A stretch of 64,000 nt of DNA from assembly GCA_907165135.1 (NCBI GenBank), contig OU015568.1, positions 6,882,001 through 6,946,000 of the forward strand, given 5' to 3'. Made by a program: the position numbers and the translations under genes. Under the pieces are notes generated by a model. That model saw only the letters and a list, made by a program, of their open reading frames with translations, had not been told where the DNA came from and ran no database searches. Origin of the DNA: Oikopleura dioica. Taxonomy: Eukaryota > Animalia > Chordata. Positions 1-12,600 of this stretch are shown in pieces; within the stretch, counting starts at the first letter, position 1, and each line of letters starts with the position of its first letter.

Positions 1-1574
1 TCGAATCGGAAGAAAAGCCTGTCAATCAAGTTGAACAAAATCAGGTGATTTTGAGGCCTAGAAATCTGAGCTTGACAACCGGTGCGCAAATCCTGGCTCA
101 GGACCCAAAATATCTTCAATGAAAAGCCGCGCTTCGCCAAAAATTTCCATCCTACGTGGCTTTTCATTGAAGCTATCTTGGGTCCTGAGTCAGGATTTGG
201 GCACAGGTTGTCAAACCTAGCTGTAAATCATAAGATAAAGTAACCAACCTTTTCAGGACGAAAAAAGCGCCCCTGCGTCAGTAGCTGTCGAGATCGGAGA
301 CTCGGAAGCTTCAAAGCTGCTGGGACAAATCGAGGAATCGCTGGACAAAGTGACAGGTGCCGTGACCCAGCGGCCAGCTTCCTTCACTGCACGCTTGTTA
401 GCCACGCAGACGCAACTTGTCAAATTTGTCGCCGATGTAAGTAAACTCCAAATGGACTTTTCTTTTTATTTTAATAATCAATCTGGCTATCAAAGTGAAT
501 ACGCAAATGGGGGGTATTTTTGAATATTTAATTAGTACACAAGTAACGTTATTTTTCTTTTAGTGCGAGGTGAAGATACTCGACGAGTCTAAGGAGCGAA
601 TGAAATTAGCGATGGAAGTCGACCAAATGAAGAAATCGCAAATTAAACAGGCGCAATTAATCGATGTTCTTACTAAGGAGCTCATGGCTACTTCCAACAA
701 AGTTGAAGCTTTGGAAAATAGCGCAAAGTAAGTCTATCTATTCCTTCCTTTATTTGGGTTCTACTGAATCAAAGTAACTATTAAAGGTTTATCATCGCTA
801 ATTTTATGGGCTAGGCTCGACAACCTGTGTAGAAAGCCTGAGTCAGGTTCCTGAAAAAGCTTAAATAAAAAGCCGCATATTATATATATTAGTATGTGGT
901 TTTTTACTGTAGCTCTTTCAGGACCCTGACTCAGGTTTTCTACGCAGGTTGTCGAGCCAAGCCCATAAAATCAGCGATGGTAAACCCTTAATTGTTACTT
1001 TGACGGGTTCACCCACTGCGGAGTAGAATGTTAATAAAAGTCATCTTATATATTTAATTCATATCAAATTTCCCCTTCGGTCCCCTATCATACCAGATAA
1101 GAAAATTGAGTCCTTTCGAATTCATGATTCTAATTTCTTTCCTAAAGTTGTATTTTCTATCAAAACACGCTTTGCGAAGCGTGAAATTGTTATCTTCACT
1201 TTCTTTTTAGAGTGCGTACTATTTCTATATTTCGCTATACATATGTATAATGGTCAAATCGGCTAGTGTAGTGTTTTGTACTGGCACGGCCTTATCAAGC
1301 TGTACCAAATCAGCCGTGAATATAATTTCGCTCCCATTCCATTTTTATGTAGCGCAAAATAATTTTGTTCTAACTGTCATCTTTCAGGAACACTCCAAAC
1401 GATCCAGTTGGAAATACCGTCGGCGACCTCGTGAGCCTACTGAAAAAGCCCGAAAACATGCAAAAAATGACCGAGCAGAAACCTCTCCCGAAAATGACGA
1501 CTTTGGACGTTGACGATTGCGACATTGCTGCCCTTGTCGACGCCATTGGCGATCAAATGTCAAAGCAGAAATGA
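1..1574 (+). CDS. 5'-partial multi-exon gene, hypothetical coiled-coil protein (exons ~1-44, 258-437, 564-727, 1388-1574)
   Basis: Four GT-AG-joined exons stay in frame (ESEEKPVNQVEQNQ|DEKSAPASV...KFVAD|CEVKILDESKERMK...ENSAK|NTPNDPVG...DQMSKQK*). No family recognised. Confidence 0.7.
66..220. mobile_element. Palindromic MITE, family A, diverged copy in an intron
   Basis: Inverted arms cttgacaacc..tcctggctcaggaccc / gggtcctgagtcagga..ggttgtcaa with an internal aagccgc motif. Confidence 0.8.
769..1003. mobile_element. MITE family A copy with an extra ~45-bp outer inverted repeat
   Basis: Core gctcgacaacctgtgtagaaagcctgagtcagg...cctgactcaggttttctacgcaggttgtcgagc. Outer arms tcaaagtaac..atcgctaattttatgggct / agcccataaaatcagcgat..gttactttga. 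Confidence 0.88.
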
Positions 1575-2701
1575 AACACACATTTTCAAACTGACTAGCC
1601 ACCACGAAACTTCATTCTTTATCAATTTTTCCATATTTTGTCTATTTTTTAAACTCAAAAACCGTCTACGCGAAGCTTGTACTAAACGCTAAACCTTGCT
1701 AATACAGTAATACTGCAATACCCGAATCTACTGTTGGAGAAAGTCACTACTGTCGCGAAAGTTAATTTTCTTTACTTATTTCTTTATATATTTTTCCCCA
1801 TTCCATTACGTTCAAAAATCAACTTGTAAATTCATTTTCATCGTGCAGAAAAAAAAACGATTCAAAAAGTTTAAATTTTAAACTATTTCCTGTAATGTAA
1901 CTTTGAAAATTTGGACATTTGTCCACAGAAAAGTATCTTCACTTTTTTTACTTTTACATATTCTTCCCTTATTATACTATTTTGCTCTTTTTTTTAAATA
2001 AAAAGCGAAAAAAATTGATCCACAGATTGATTATTGAAACGGAAAAGAATAATTATATAATTGAGAATTTCGCTTAATTGACCCTCTTTGAATAGGTCTG
2101 TAATTAGTGAATGAGCACTTGGTTGAATTTATTGGAGATGCGGAAATCAAGGAAGAGGACCGCCGATATTGAAGTTTTTATTGAAGAAAAAACGGAATTT
2201 ATTGAGGATTTCCTAATTGTTATTTTTTCTTGAGGGTTCTCAGAGAGATTAAGATTCGGTTAGCGAAAATTCTAGAGGATAATAAGAGTCCCTAATCAAA
2301 TATAAAAATAATTATTATCATATCTAAAATCATATTTCGAATTTTCTTTTTGGAGAACTCTTTTAAAAAAGTATGTTTCTAGAATCATTTCTATTTAGCA
2401 AATTCTAGGGCAGATCGAACCAAGACACTAAATTTTTTCGCCGCGCAAAGAATGGCGGAGCTGTGGCCAATCACAACGCACCACTCGAGTTTCTTTTTTT
2501 CGAGCGCTATTTAGCCATTTTAACGTTACTACCGATTCCCTACTTACTGTAATTACTGCAGCTCGATCGTTTCATTTTTATTAGAGATTTTCTTTATTCT
2601 ACCAAAAAGAAACTAGAGAAAAATGACGAAAAAAAGAACTTTCTTCAAGAAAAATTGCAAAGAATGAAGAAAATCAAGAAACTAATTTTTGTTTCAATAG
2701 A

Positions 2702-3463
2702 ATGTTTGTCACTCGAAGGGTGCTTGGTAAAGTTGCCTTGGCTAACGGCCCTCTCGCCGCCCCAAAGAACCTTGGTGGTGATCTCACCCAGCAGATCGTA
2801 AGTTACGAAGATTATGATGAATTTTAATTATCAAAATTGTAAAATCAAAGTTATTATCGATATTTGTCTGATTGATTCATAAATTCTAAGCATAATTAAT
2901 CAAGAGCATATTTGTAAAACGCTATCAAAATCCTACTAATCCTTCTCTCTTAGGCCCGATCTGTCGTTTTCGGCATGGCCTTCGCCACTCCCTTCTACCT
3001 GTGGCACTTCTACACCTTCCGAGTCGCCGGTGGTAACGCCTTGATCGACCGAATCACCGTAAGAATCGCCATCCCATCTTCTTTTCTACCATCATTTTCA
3101 GAACACCGACCAGAAGGCCCAGTGGGCTCGAATTCGAGAGCGAGGTATCCTCCATCTTGGTGACGAACACAAGTTCCACGAGGAAAGGGTTAAAATCAAA
3201 CGAGAATTCAACAAATAGCCGCGCGGCTTTCTCAAATTTGACTTATTTTCGCCTGAGAAAGCCGCTTGCCTTCCCCATTCTATCCTTACTCCTGTCTCCT
3301 CATTTTAACCCGTGAAAAGCCTGCTTCGTGGCAGTCCGGCTACGAGAAGTTCGCCGAGCAAAAGGCCGAAGAGCGCGAAATCATCGAGAACCACATCAGC
3401 ACCTACGGCATCAAGCTCGGCCCCCACGGTTACGAGACGCCCTTCGATCTCCTCACCGCCTAA
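2702..3463 (+). CDS. COX6C: Cytochrome c oxidase subunit 6C-like protein with C-terminal extension (4 exons)
   Basis: Spliced product MFVTRRVLGKVALANGPLAAPKNLGGDLTQQIARSVVFGMAFATPFYLWHFYTFRVAG...QWARIRERGILH...PFDLLTA*. Single TM, with YxFRVA and late RxxGI motifs recalled from COX6C; codon bias of a highly expressed gene. Family call is from memory. Confidence 0.6.
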
Positions 3464-3696
3464 GTTCACTTTGCATTTTCCCTCAGAAGAAACTCTATTC
3501 TTGTCCAACCGTAAATTATTTATTCGCATCGCCTAAAAGATGCTCTACGATTAGAAATTTTAACAATAAAGTTCAATCTTTCCGTAAAAATCCAATCTCA
3601 AAAGGTGCTTTTCTTTGAAGTCATCTTTATTCATTCTCTGTTTGTTTATTGGGCATTTATTTGCAGAATTTTATAGATAAAGAACTCCAGTCGTTT

Positions 3697-3843
3697 GCTG
3701 TGCTCAGCAACATGCGTAGAAATCCTGAGTCAGGGTCCTGAAAAGGATATAAGCTGCTTCTCTAGAATTAAACGAAGCCGTGTCGCTGGATGCTCTCTCA
3801 GGACCCTGACTCAGGGTTTCTACGCAGGTTGCTGAGCCCAAAT
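3697..3843. mobile_element. MITE family A copy
   Basis: gctcagcaacatgcgtagaaatcctgagtcagggtcctga ... tcaggaccctgactcagggtttctacgcaggttgctgagc. Confidence 0.88.
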
Positions 3844-4304
3844 CATTTGTGAATTGCTTTTATTCGGCATTATGTTACAGTAAGATACTTTTATAAATTT
3901 TGCGATACTGAAAAATTCATTGCATCTATTGTTTTTCATTTTATTTGTCATGATTCATATAATTATATTTTATGAATTGCTCTTTATTTTTTCGAGCTTT
4001 GCGACAGAGCAGTTACAAGATCTTTTTTTTGCTTTTCATTATATTGCCTTATGATATTTATTTTCACCAAATCTTCATTTTATAAATCTTCATTTTTTTC
4101 TCAGTTGTCGACTCGAATTTGGAGTCAGTTGATCATTTTACCCGTAGTTCCGTTTTGTTTTTCGATTGGCTCCCGAAAGGGCCGAAACAAGCCTTCAAGG
4201 CTTGCTTGAAGGGTTGAAAATGTGCTGATCTAAACTTTTGGAAGTACCCAAGAGTCCGATTATGAAAAAATTAATTTGTGCCTTTTATAGAGTTTTGTGA
4301 GAAT

Positions 4305-5007
4305 ATGGGAAAACAAGTGACGAACCCGGTGAAGAAAGAGTTCAAAAAGAAGCCAAATTTCAAAAAGAACAAATTCAGGTTTGCTATATTCTCGAATTTG
4401 CAACTTCAACTCGATATTTAGCAAGAAAAGGGAAGAAGAAAGACCATCGAAATTCTCAAAAACTGCTGCGGAGAAACGAAAAGAAATCGGAGAAAAAGCG
4501 AAGGAAAGGAAGCGAGCGGCGAAGGCAAAGAAAGAATCAGAAAAACAACAGAAGGTGAGCATAAAACCCTTCTACAGATGGTAGTTTGAGCCCCCATACG
4601 GGCCAACCAATTGGTTATCTTTCAAAGAAACAGTCATTTTCGGGTGCAAGACCGATAATCTCGCTACACACTACAGTTTCTTTTTTTATCAAATCATCAG
4701 CGATTTACCAATATCGTCGCTTATCTTGTATCTTTTCTTTGAAAAAGGAAAATTGCTCAAAACTCCTTATCGCTGGTAGTATAATAATGATGCTACTGAG
4801 CGGCAAAGGGCACGCTTTTTAATTAACGAATCTTATAATGATAAGTTTATTTATCGGATCATTCAGCTTGACGAGCGCGAAGAACGAAACCGAATCATGA
4901 AGATGCGAACGAAGAAAGGCCAGCCAGTGCTATCCGCTAGAATCGGCCTCATGTTCAAAGACATGCAGAAGAACCCAGACTTGTATAAGACCGAATCAAA
5001 TATTTGA
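4305..5007 (+). CDS. CCDC59: Fyv7/TAP26 (CCDC59)-like lysine-rich nucleolar protein (3 exons)
   Basis: MGKQVTNPVKKEFKKKP...KE-rich helix...MRTKKGQPVLSARIGLMFKDMQK. The C-terminal TKKGQP...I..L motif is typical of the Fyv7/TAP26 family. GT-AG introns at ~4379-4421 and ~4555-4866. Confidence 0.7.
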
Positions 5008-5165
5008 AAGAAAGAGACTGTCCTCCTCAGGAGGACTCCTCCTGCTCCTGTAAATTCTGTACGCTCAAACAAACATGATTGAAAATTGAACTTGAATTGT
5101 ATTCGGAAGTTTCTTTTTGAATTTTTTGAAGGAAAGAATCAGTGAAAAAGAAATAATTACAGAAA

Positions 5166-7125
5166 TCAGTTTTCTTGAAGAGTTTCTTGGGAGGAATTTT
5201 CGGAAACTTGTTGGTACTCGTGATTGTCGGAAGCGGTCACTTTTGCAGAAGAACTGGTCATAAGAGGGGCGGAAAAGAGGAGCCCAACGACGGAGATTAT
5301 GAAGAGGGTAGTGGAGAGGTTGAGTGTGAAGATGATCAGGTTCCGACTCGTGATCATCTGGGAAATGTCGGAGGATTTGAAAGCAATATTGAGTTACCTG
5401 TTTTTCGAAGAATTTCTTTGGCACCACTGATTGCTCGAACCAAACTGTGGGAAAGATGATTTGATCATCGCTTTGGTTCAGCTTGAGTTTCTTGCTCAAT
5501 ACTTTTCGGTCAAAACCGACATTTAGCTGCATTCTTCGCTTGACATTCGGCATGAATCCGGTCTTTCTATGGCTTGAAAATGCTCTCTTAGGTAAATACA
5601 GTCAGGTTTTCAAGCCGTGCCAGAGGGTCAACTTCGAGAAAATAGAACTCGTGGAGCGTCTCCTTCGGCTGAACTCCTTGAAAATCAGCGACTAAACTAG
5701 GATCGCCAGCAAGAAAATGCGGCTGCGAGGCGAAAATGGGCGCGCTGACTCCTTGAACGACTTCAGTGCATTTCTCCATATTGATGATTCCGTGTTTTGA
5801 GCACTTGCCATCGACGCAGTAGCCTTGATTCTCTGGAACATCGTAGACTGACTTCCAAGTATCTGGATCGGATTTGAAGATCCATGTTCGAGAAGTCGCG
5901 TGCTCCACGAATTTAAGCTTGAATGATCGACAAGTAGCGTCAAAGAATACGTTTAGTTCTTGACCTTTTTCAACGGAAGGAGGCACAGCGAATCCGTCAG
6001 TTCCTTTTTCAGGCTGAAAACTGTTTTCCTGAATAAATTATGCAGCATAATTTCTGCTCAAATGAGCTTTTATCTCGGCGCCTTTCCTATGATGGAATTC
6101 GCAGGCGCGCTTTCCCAAATGTCCAGCTTCTCCATCCCTTTCCATGATTTTATGTAGGTCCAGTTTTTCATCCCTCTTTCGCCTGTTTCGACATCAAATG
6201 GGAAGGAATAAGAGTTGTTCATGTCTAAAATGCATTTTACTCTCCCCAAAACTAGCCTTACTTGCCCATGAACCAGCCAAAACCAGGCTTTGGGCACAAA
6301 GATGGAACTAGACTGTGAAGTTTCTCCAGAATTGGATCTTCGTATCCCCAAATGATTTCCCCAGCCGTCCTCTTCATAAACACATCGTATTTATTTCCCT
6401 TCATCAGGGAAATTATAAGGCCGCGAACGAACTTAGGCAGAATGTCCAATTGCTTCATAATGATTACATAAGGCACGTTGAGAGTCACAATTGTTGAGTT
6501 TTCGGGGACAGGGGAGGTTTCGTCGAGAATAAATGCTAACGAGTTTTGGTAGATGACGCTCTGGTCGCTTGTGAAACTGACATTTGTTCTGGCGACGACG
6601 TTTTGGTAGCGGATCGGCCCGATTTCTTCCAAAATCGGCTTGCTTCCGTTACTCTGCAAAGAAAAAAAATATGGAACGTAATTTGGAGATATGTAATTTA
6701 CCAAAACTTCTTTTGAATTTGTCACATTCCAGACATAAATATCAAAAGTCGAATGCATCGGTGGATCCGCCCAAAAGTCCAGGATCTCATTATTTTCGGG
6801 CGTGATCGTCATTTTTACCCGCAGAACATCGTCGATCATACGATCCCATGTCTTGTTCAAGTAAGTTGCTGCGCTTTTAGAGAGTTGTTCATTGAAAAAT
6901 TAGTCATTTATGGCTTGAACTCGTCGTTGAGTTCAGTTTTCTAGGGCCAAAGTAAATTTTACGCGATAAACTTATTATATAATTAAGGAACTTTCCCTTT
7001 CCTGAGAATCAAAAAGCAGACTAAATAATATTTATTAAACATCGTTTATTTTAATATTTGTAAAGTTAATTTAGGCACTAACCAGAAAACACGCACACAG
7101 AGACAAAGGCCTTCTTACACCGCAT
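5166..7125 (-). CDS. CD36/SCARB (class B scavenger receptor/LIMP2) family protein, multi-exon
   Basis: Motifs YVWNVTNSKEV..GSKPILEEIGP, RTAGEIIWGYED, PIFASQPHFLAGDP and a C-terminal TM (LFIISVVGLLF). The N-terminal signal-anchor exon MRCKKAFVSVCVFS is less certain. Confidence 0.92.
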
Positions 7126-7129
7126 TTTT

Positions 7130-7390
7130 TTTCGTATTTTTGAATTTCTCAAATCATTTTTATCGGATCAGAGAGGAATAACGGCTTTTTACTCAGAGTG
7201 AAATAAAAAATACTGCCTGTTTGATTGGCCAGATCGGGCCTAAGGATGTTTGCTTCAGTTTGAACTTCAAAATTTGCTCTCCCAGCTTTACAGTGTTTAT
7301 TTCTGTTCAAAAATTTTACTGAAGAAACTAATTTATGAAGCTGTTTAATTTTGAGATTTGTTTATTGATTGATGTTGAAATTGGCTTGTC
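7130..7390. promoter_or_regulatory. Putative bidirectional promoter (CD36-like / PLPBP)
   Basis: Divergent starts ~270 bp apart; ATTGG at 7224-7228. Confidence 0.5.
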
Positions 7391-7395
7391 GAAGA

Positions 7396-8264
7396 ATGAG
7401 TTCGATAACTGAGCGGTTGGGAGCTCTGAGAAGCGAAATCGCCGCACACTGCGAACAACACTCAATCGAACGGATTCCAACCCTCATCGCTGTTTCCAAA
7501 ACGAAGCCGAACGAGGACCTGATCGAGGCGTACGAAGCAGGGCAGCGTGATTTTGGAGAAAACTATCCAAACGAACTCAAAGTAAAAGCAGCTGAACTTT
7601 CAAAGGAAACGCTTGAAATCACAATTTTTCGTTTCTTTTTTTACCACTTTCAAGCTATCTCAAGTTGTGTCCTGAAATCCGATTTCATTTTATCGGAAGC
7701 ATTCAGAAGAAAAACATTAATTCGATAATTAAAGCTCCAAATTTAGTCGGAATCCAGACATTGGCCTCAATGCAAGTGAATTCCCTCGTTTCTTTCAATG
7801 ACAAAGTTCCAAAATAGGGAAATAATTGAAAATGTCGATAAACGACTGACATCATCTGTCAATGTCATGCTTCAGTGCAATACAAGCGGCGAAGAAAACA
7901 AAGGAGGGTTTCTGGAAGAAGAAGATCTCTTCCGCGCCGCAGAATTTGTCAAAAACGAGTCCAAGTTTATGAAACTAGAAGGGCTAATGACAATTGGCTC
8001 GGTTGAAAATTCGAAGAAAGCGGCAGAAGAAAATGTTCCGAATGCAGATTTTACCAAGCTTCGAGAACTCCAACAAAAAGGTAAATTCATCCTGCTATTC
8101 TTTCATTTCAAATATCCCTAGTCGCTGAAAGGTTGAAAATTTCCCCTGATGACCTGTCGTTGAGCATGGGAATGAGCACCGACTATTTAGCTGCAATTGA
8201 GCAAGGCGCATCAGTTATTCGCGTCGGCTCGAAAATATTTGGTGCAAGAAATGTGACAAAATAG
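7396..8264 (+). CDS. PLPBP: Pyridoxal phosphate homeostasis protein (YggS/PROSC family)
   Basis: [73 protein letters not shown]. Confidence 0.97.
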
Positions 8265-8542
8265 AATAAACTTCTCTTCAATTCTTTGTTCTCTCCGAGA
8301 AGTGTTCTTTTTCCTTGAGTTCACTTTTTTTGTTGATTTACTTTTTTATTGTAAAGTTTGGCATTTTATATACAGAAAATTTTAAATGATAGTTGTGTAA
8401 ATTACTTTGATGTACAATGAAAATCTCAATGAAAGCAAAAACACTGGCGAGTAACGAAGTAAACTAAGGTAGCAATATGCAAGTCAGTAAGGCTAATTTG
8501 TATGAAGAAAGTCGACGGCATTAGATCCATTTTGAAGGAGTT

Positions 8543-9461
8543 TTAGACAGCTATTGATTTTGGAAAGGGCATGCAGCCGGATATCTCGATTGCTTCCGGC
8601 CAGTCTCCGTACTTATTCGCCGACTAGAAGAGCATTTTATTGATAGTAGAATAGGGAGGGAATGCTTACCTTGTCATTTTTCAAATGATTCTCTTTGGCG
8701 GTAAAGCCAGGGACTCCCTTAGCTCCAAGAAAGACCCACGCGTCTCTGAAAGCAATGCTCGAAGCCACACTGGATCCGAACGAGCTCAAGATCGTTCTCG
8801 CTTCAGAATCGAGTCTGAAAGCGGCATCGTCGTACGAAGCGATGATGATGACTTCTCCGTTGACCATTTGATTGAGGAATGCTTTTAAATCGGTCGAGTC
8901 CTTGGCGTACAAATCGAACGTCGCGTAACGATGATTTTTTGTTTCCAAGTTGATGACGACTACGTTCATCCCTCTATCCACATTGTTCAGCTGGAAAAGT
9001 TGTCATAAGAGAATAAAACGGTCATTTGTACCTTTGATCTCATGATATCTGTGCCTTCCCAGCACACTCTGGGTCCAATGACACTAGCAGCGCCGGAGAT
9101 AACTCGAAAAGTATACTCTGAATTCGCATCGCAAGTTTCTTTCAACCCGCAAGCATGCTCGTCGAAGCTGAGGTTCGAGTTGTCCATGAGTTGCATTTCG
9201 CGATCCCACTCTTCCTCGACTTTTTGAATCGCCTCGTGGTCGATTAAACTCTATTTTTCGTTAATAAATTGATCTAATAAAAAGATCTACCTTTTGCTTC
9301 TGCAAATATTTATTGCTAGCGTCAGCCTCTTCCATCGCCACTAAATCCGCTTTTTTCAGCGTCTCCATCGCGGACAAATAGTTTTTCATCGAAAGAACAA
9401 GCATGATCAAAATCCCAATTATGAGCCCGACTCGTATCAGGCTATTCTTATTCCTTGCCAT
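8543..9461 (-). CDS. FAM3C: FAM3/ILEI-family type II membrane or secreted protein
   Basis: N-terminal TM, then CGLKETC, FRVISGAASVIGPRVCWEG, RGMNVVVIN, ASYDDAAFRL, FRDAWVFLGAKG and YGDWPEAIEISGCMP. Paralogue assignment is not possible. Confidence 0.9.
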
Positions 9462-9612
9462 TCTATACAGCAAACAAAATAAATAAACGAGCAACTCTTC
9501 ATTTTTAAAAATATATTAAGGCAGGATGGTATTTCAGTGAAATTAGACGATGATAGAGTTTTTTAAACTTATCAGTGATGTGAAAATATGTACAGTGAGG
9601 TAATTTGTGGCT

Positions 9613-12600
9613 TTATTGCTTCTTGAACTCTTGTCGCTCGGCGAGAGGAATCTGCTTCGGTCGTTTCATGTTCTCTAGGCGAACTTCTTCCCGTTCGGAG
9701 ATCATTTGGAAGTCCCGCATGCCTGAAAGTTAACTTTGTCCACGCGTGAAGTCAACTGTAGCTACTCACTTTCTCGCTTGTCGCGGAGCCCGTAAATGCC
9801 CTGCTGGATGAAGATCATGTCTCTGGTGTCGTCCTTGAGACTTCCAGCGTCGGTCGGGAAATCGTCCTTTTTGTGTGTTGGAAACATGAATCGCTCTGCG
9901 TCCATCAGCCTTTTTTGCAAGCTGAAAATTATTAGAATAACGATCAACTGGATAAATGCTTACATTTTGAGCTGCATGGATTTTCTATCTCGTGCCCAGC
10001 GGTGCTCACGAACAAGATTGTACTGCTTGGTCTCTTTCCAATGACGTTGGTTGGATCTGAAGTACTCCTCCGCTCGCTTGAGCTCGTCATCAGCTGCTTT
10101 TACCCGATTCCGAAGGTAATTCAACTGCTCTTGCTTGTGCCTAACGGGAGATATGATCTTGTACTGCCGATATTGACTTACTTGAGGTATGCAGGGTTGA
10201 ACAACTCATTGCGAACTGCGAATTTGTCCACCACTTGACGGTTGTAACTTCCGGGCAACACAGCGACATCGTCGAATTCGTTGTTGGCCTTACTTCTCGT
10301 CAGCATCTGCTCTGTTTTAGGCAACTTGCAGATGGATGTGTACGAGTCAATATCGTCGAGAGCAGCAAGCATTTCTTCCCGAGTCTTCTTGTAGTTCTTT
10401 TTCTCGACAAGCTCTCCAGTTTCGCCGATCACTCTCATCGATACTTTTGAGTTGTCGAAGTCGGAATCCTTGCATGGCTTCGCATGTTCTTTTGCGAAGT
10501 GCCCCTCTCGTCTCCTGTTCGCCATGCACTGTGATTTTCTTTTAGTTTTCAAACGGTTATTTTAAGTTACCTGTTGACGCGCGATATGGTATCGTTCCAG
10601 CGTAGACTCGTCTTGGAGATGCCTTAGGATCATGTTCTTGACTCGTTGCGTCATCTCCTTGTTGTCTTCGGGATTTTTGAGATAAAAATCCATCTCAAAA
10701 TGCGCGAGCCAATGTCGAGCTGTCTCCATTGATTTCCTGGTGCCTCCGTATTGACTGACGACAGAGCCTTTGGGATACTTCTTGAATTCAACGTCGTATA
10801 GGATCGTGTCGGGGCCAATGACGACTTTGTAAACGTTGTTGACCTCCCACTGGCCGAGTTTTGGATTCCGATCTGTGCGGATGTCAGTAACACCGACAAG
10901 CTTGCTGTTTCCGAACTCTAGTGGGTAGATGTGTTCGAAGCTGCACCAGTACTGAAAATGGTTATTAGAATATTGAGAACAATTTGAAATACCTTTCTCT
11001 TCTTTTTCGCTATCTTGTCGTTCAGCGAAAGAAGGAGCTGCTTCTCTAGCCAAACTTTTCCCTCATCAGAAGTGTACTCAACAAGACGTTGTCCAGTGCA
11101 ACCGCTCTTGTAGCTGATGGTCAACCAGAACTCGTGGAAGTTTTTATCTTCGTCTTCTTTGGGTTCTGCATTCCCTTCAGCTTCTTCCTCTTCTCTTTTC
11201 CGTCGCTCTGCGGCCCGCTCGAGAGCTTCCTGTTCAACTCGTCTGGCTTCTTCTGCCGCGGCCGCTTCTCTCTCCTCGTTTTGCCTCTTGATTTCTTCCT
11301 CCTCTTGCTTTCGCTCTTCTTCCTCCTTTTTTCGCTTTTCGATCTTTTGCCTAAAATAATATTTACATAAAAAACCTACAGAGCAATCATTACCGTCTCT
11401 TTTCTTCCTCTCTTTCCTTGAAAGCTGCATTTTTTCTCGCTCGCTCGTCATCCTTTCTCCTTTTCTTCTCATTTTCCTCGCGCTCGGCAAGTTCTCGTTT
11501 CAGCCTCTTTTTCGCCTTTTTAAGCTTCATATGCTTCTTGAGCTCCTTCTCCGTCATATCCTCTGTCGACTTGGTCGGCCGGTATTTCAGCAGCTCTTTT
11601 TCAGTGAGACCGCAGGTGAGTTGCTCTTTTGGTTTTTCCGGACTCTCGTTCGGGCTCAAGCAGAGTCCGGATGGACCAGGCTCGTCGTTGGGACTCAATG
11701 ACAGAGCAGGTGACGCAGGCTGTTCGTTCAAAGCGATGGGGAGCCCAGAAGTACCTGGTGTCTCTATATCTGGGGACATGAGAGCTGGCTCGGAGCTTTC
11801 TTTTCTCTCTGGAGAACGCTCGCTCCAGTTTTCCACAGTTACGGATTGATTTAAACTCGTAACTGGGTCTTCCTCAGGAAGTGGGGCGCTGGAGGCGCTC
11901 TCTGAAATCATTATTTAGGAAAATTATTTATGAAACGTGTGATCCTCCGCGGAGAAATCATGCGTGAAAAAATTCTAACTGTTGTTGTGAAATTACCTGA
12001 AACTGGGTCGGCGGCCTCTTGATCAACAGTCGCCTGTTCTGCAGCTGGCTCCTGATCCGGCTCTTCAGCTTCGATGTCGGCCCTCGTGAAGAAAGGGGTG
12101 ATTTTCCTCTTCTTTTTCAGTGGAGGTTTACCGTTGTCCTTCTCGGGCGGCGAGCTGGTCTTGCGCTCTCGCTCTTGTTTAGACTTTTTCAGCTTTTCCT
12201 CGAGGATCTCTAACGAGGTTTTGTTCTTCTTCGGCTTTGGTTGGGAGTTTTCATCGTCGCTCGAGTCAATTTCAACAGGTGTAGATATCTTTTTGCGCGA
12301 TCGTTGTTTTGAAGCTTTTTTCTTAGGTGGCGAGTCGTCCAGGGTCAGGTCAATCGCTTCAACCGACTTCTTCGCGGGAGTTTTAGGAGGCGCGGCGTTG
12401 TTTTCGTCCACTCCAAGCAAATCGGTTAATGGAACGTCGTCATCGGTTTGCGAGAGATTTTCTTCTTGAGAAGCCTCACTTGCAGTGGGCTCATCTAAGA
12501 AATCCTCGAAGTGGGTCACTGGTGATTTTGGTTTCTCTTGGACAACTATAGCAGCCATCTCTTCTTCGTTTCTGATCTCTATTTCTTAAATACAATTGTT

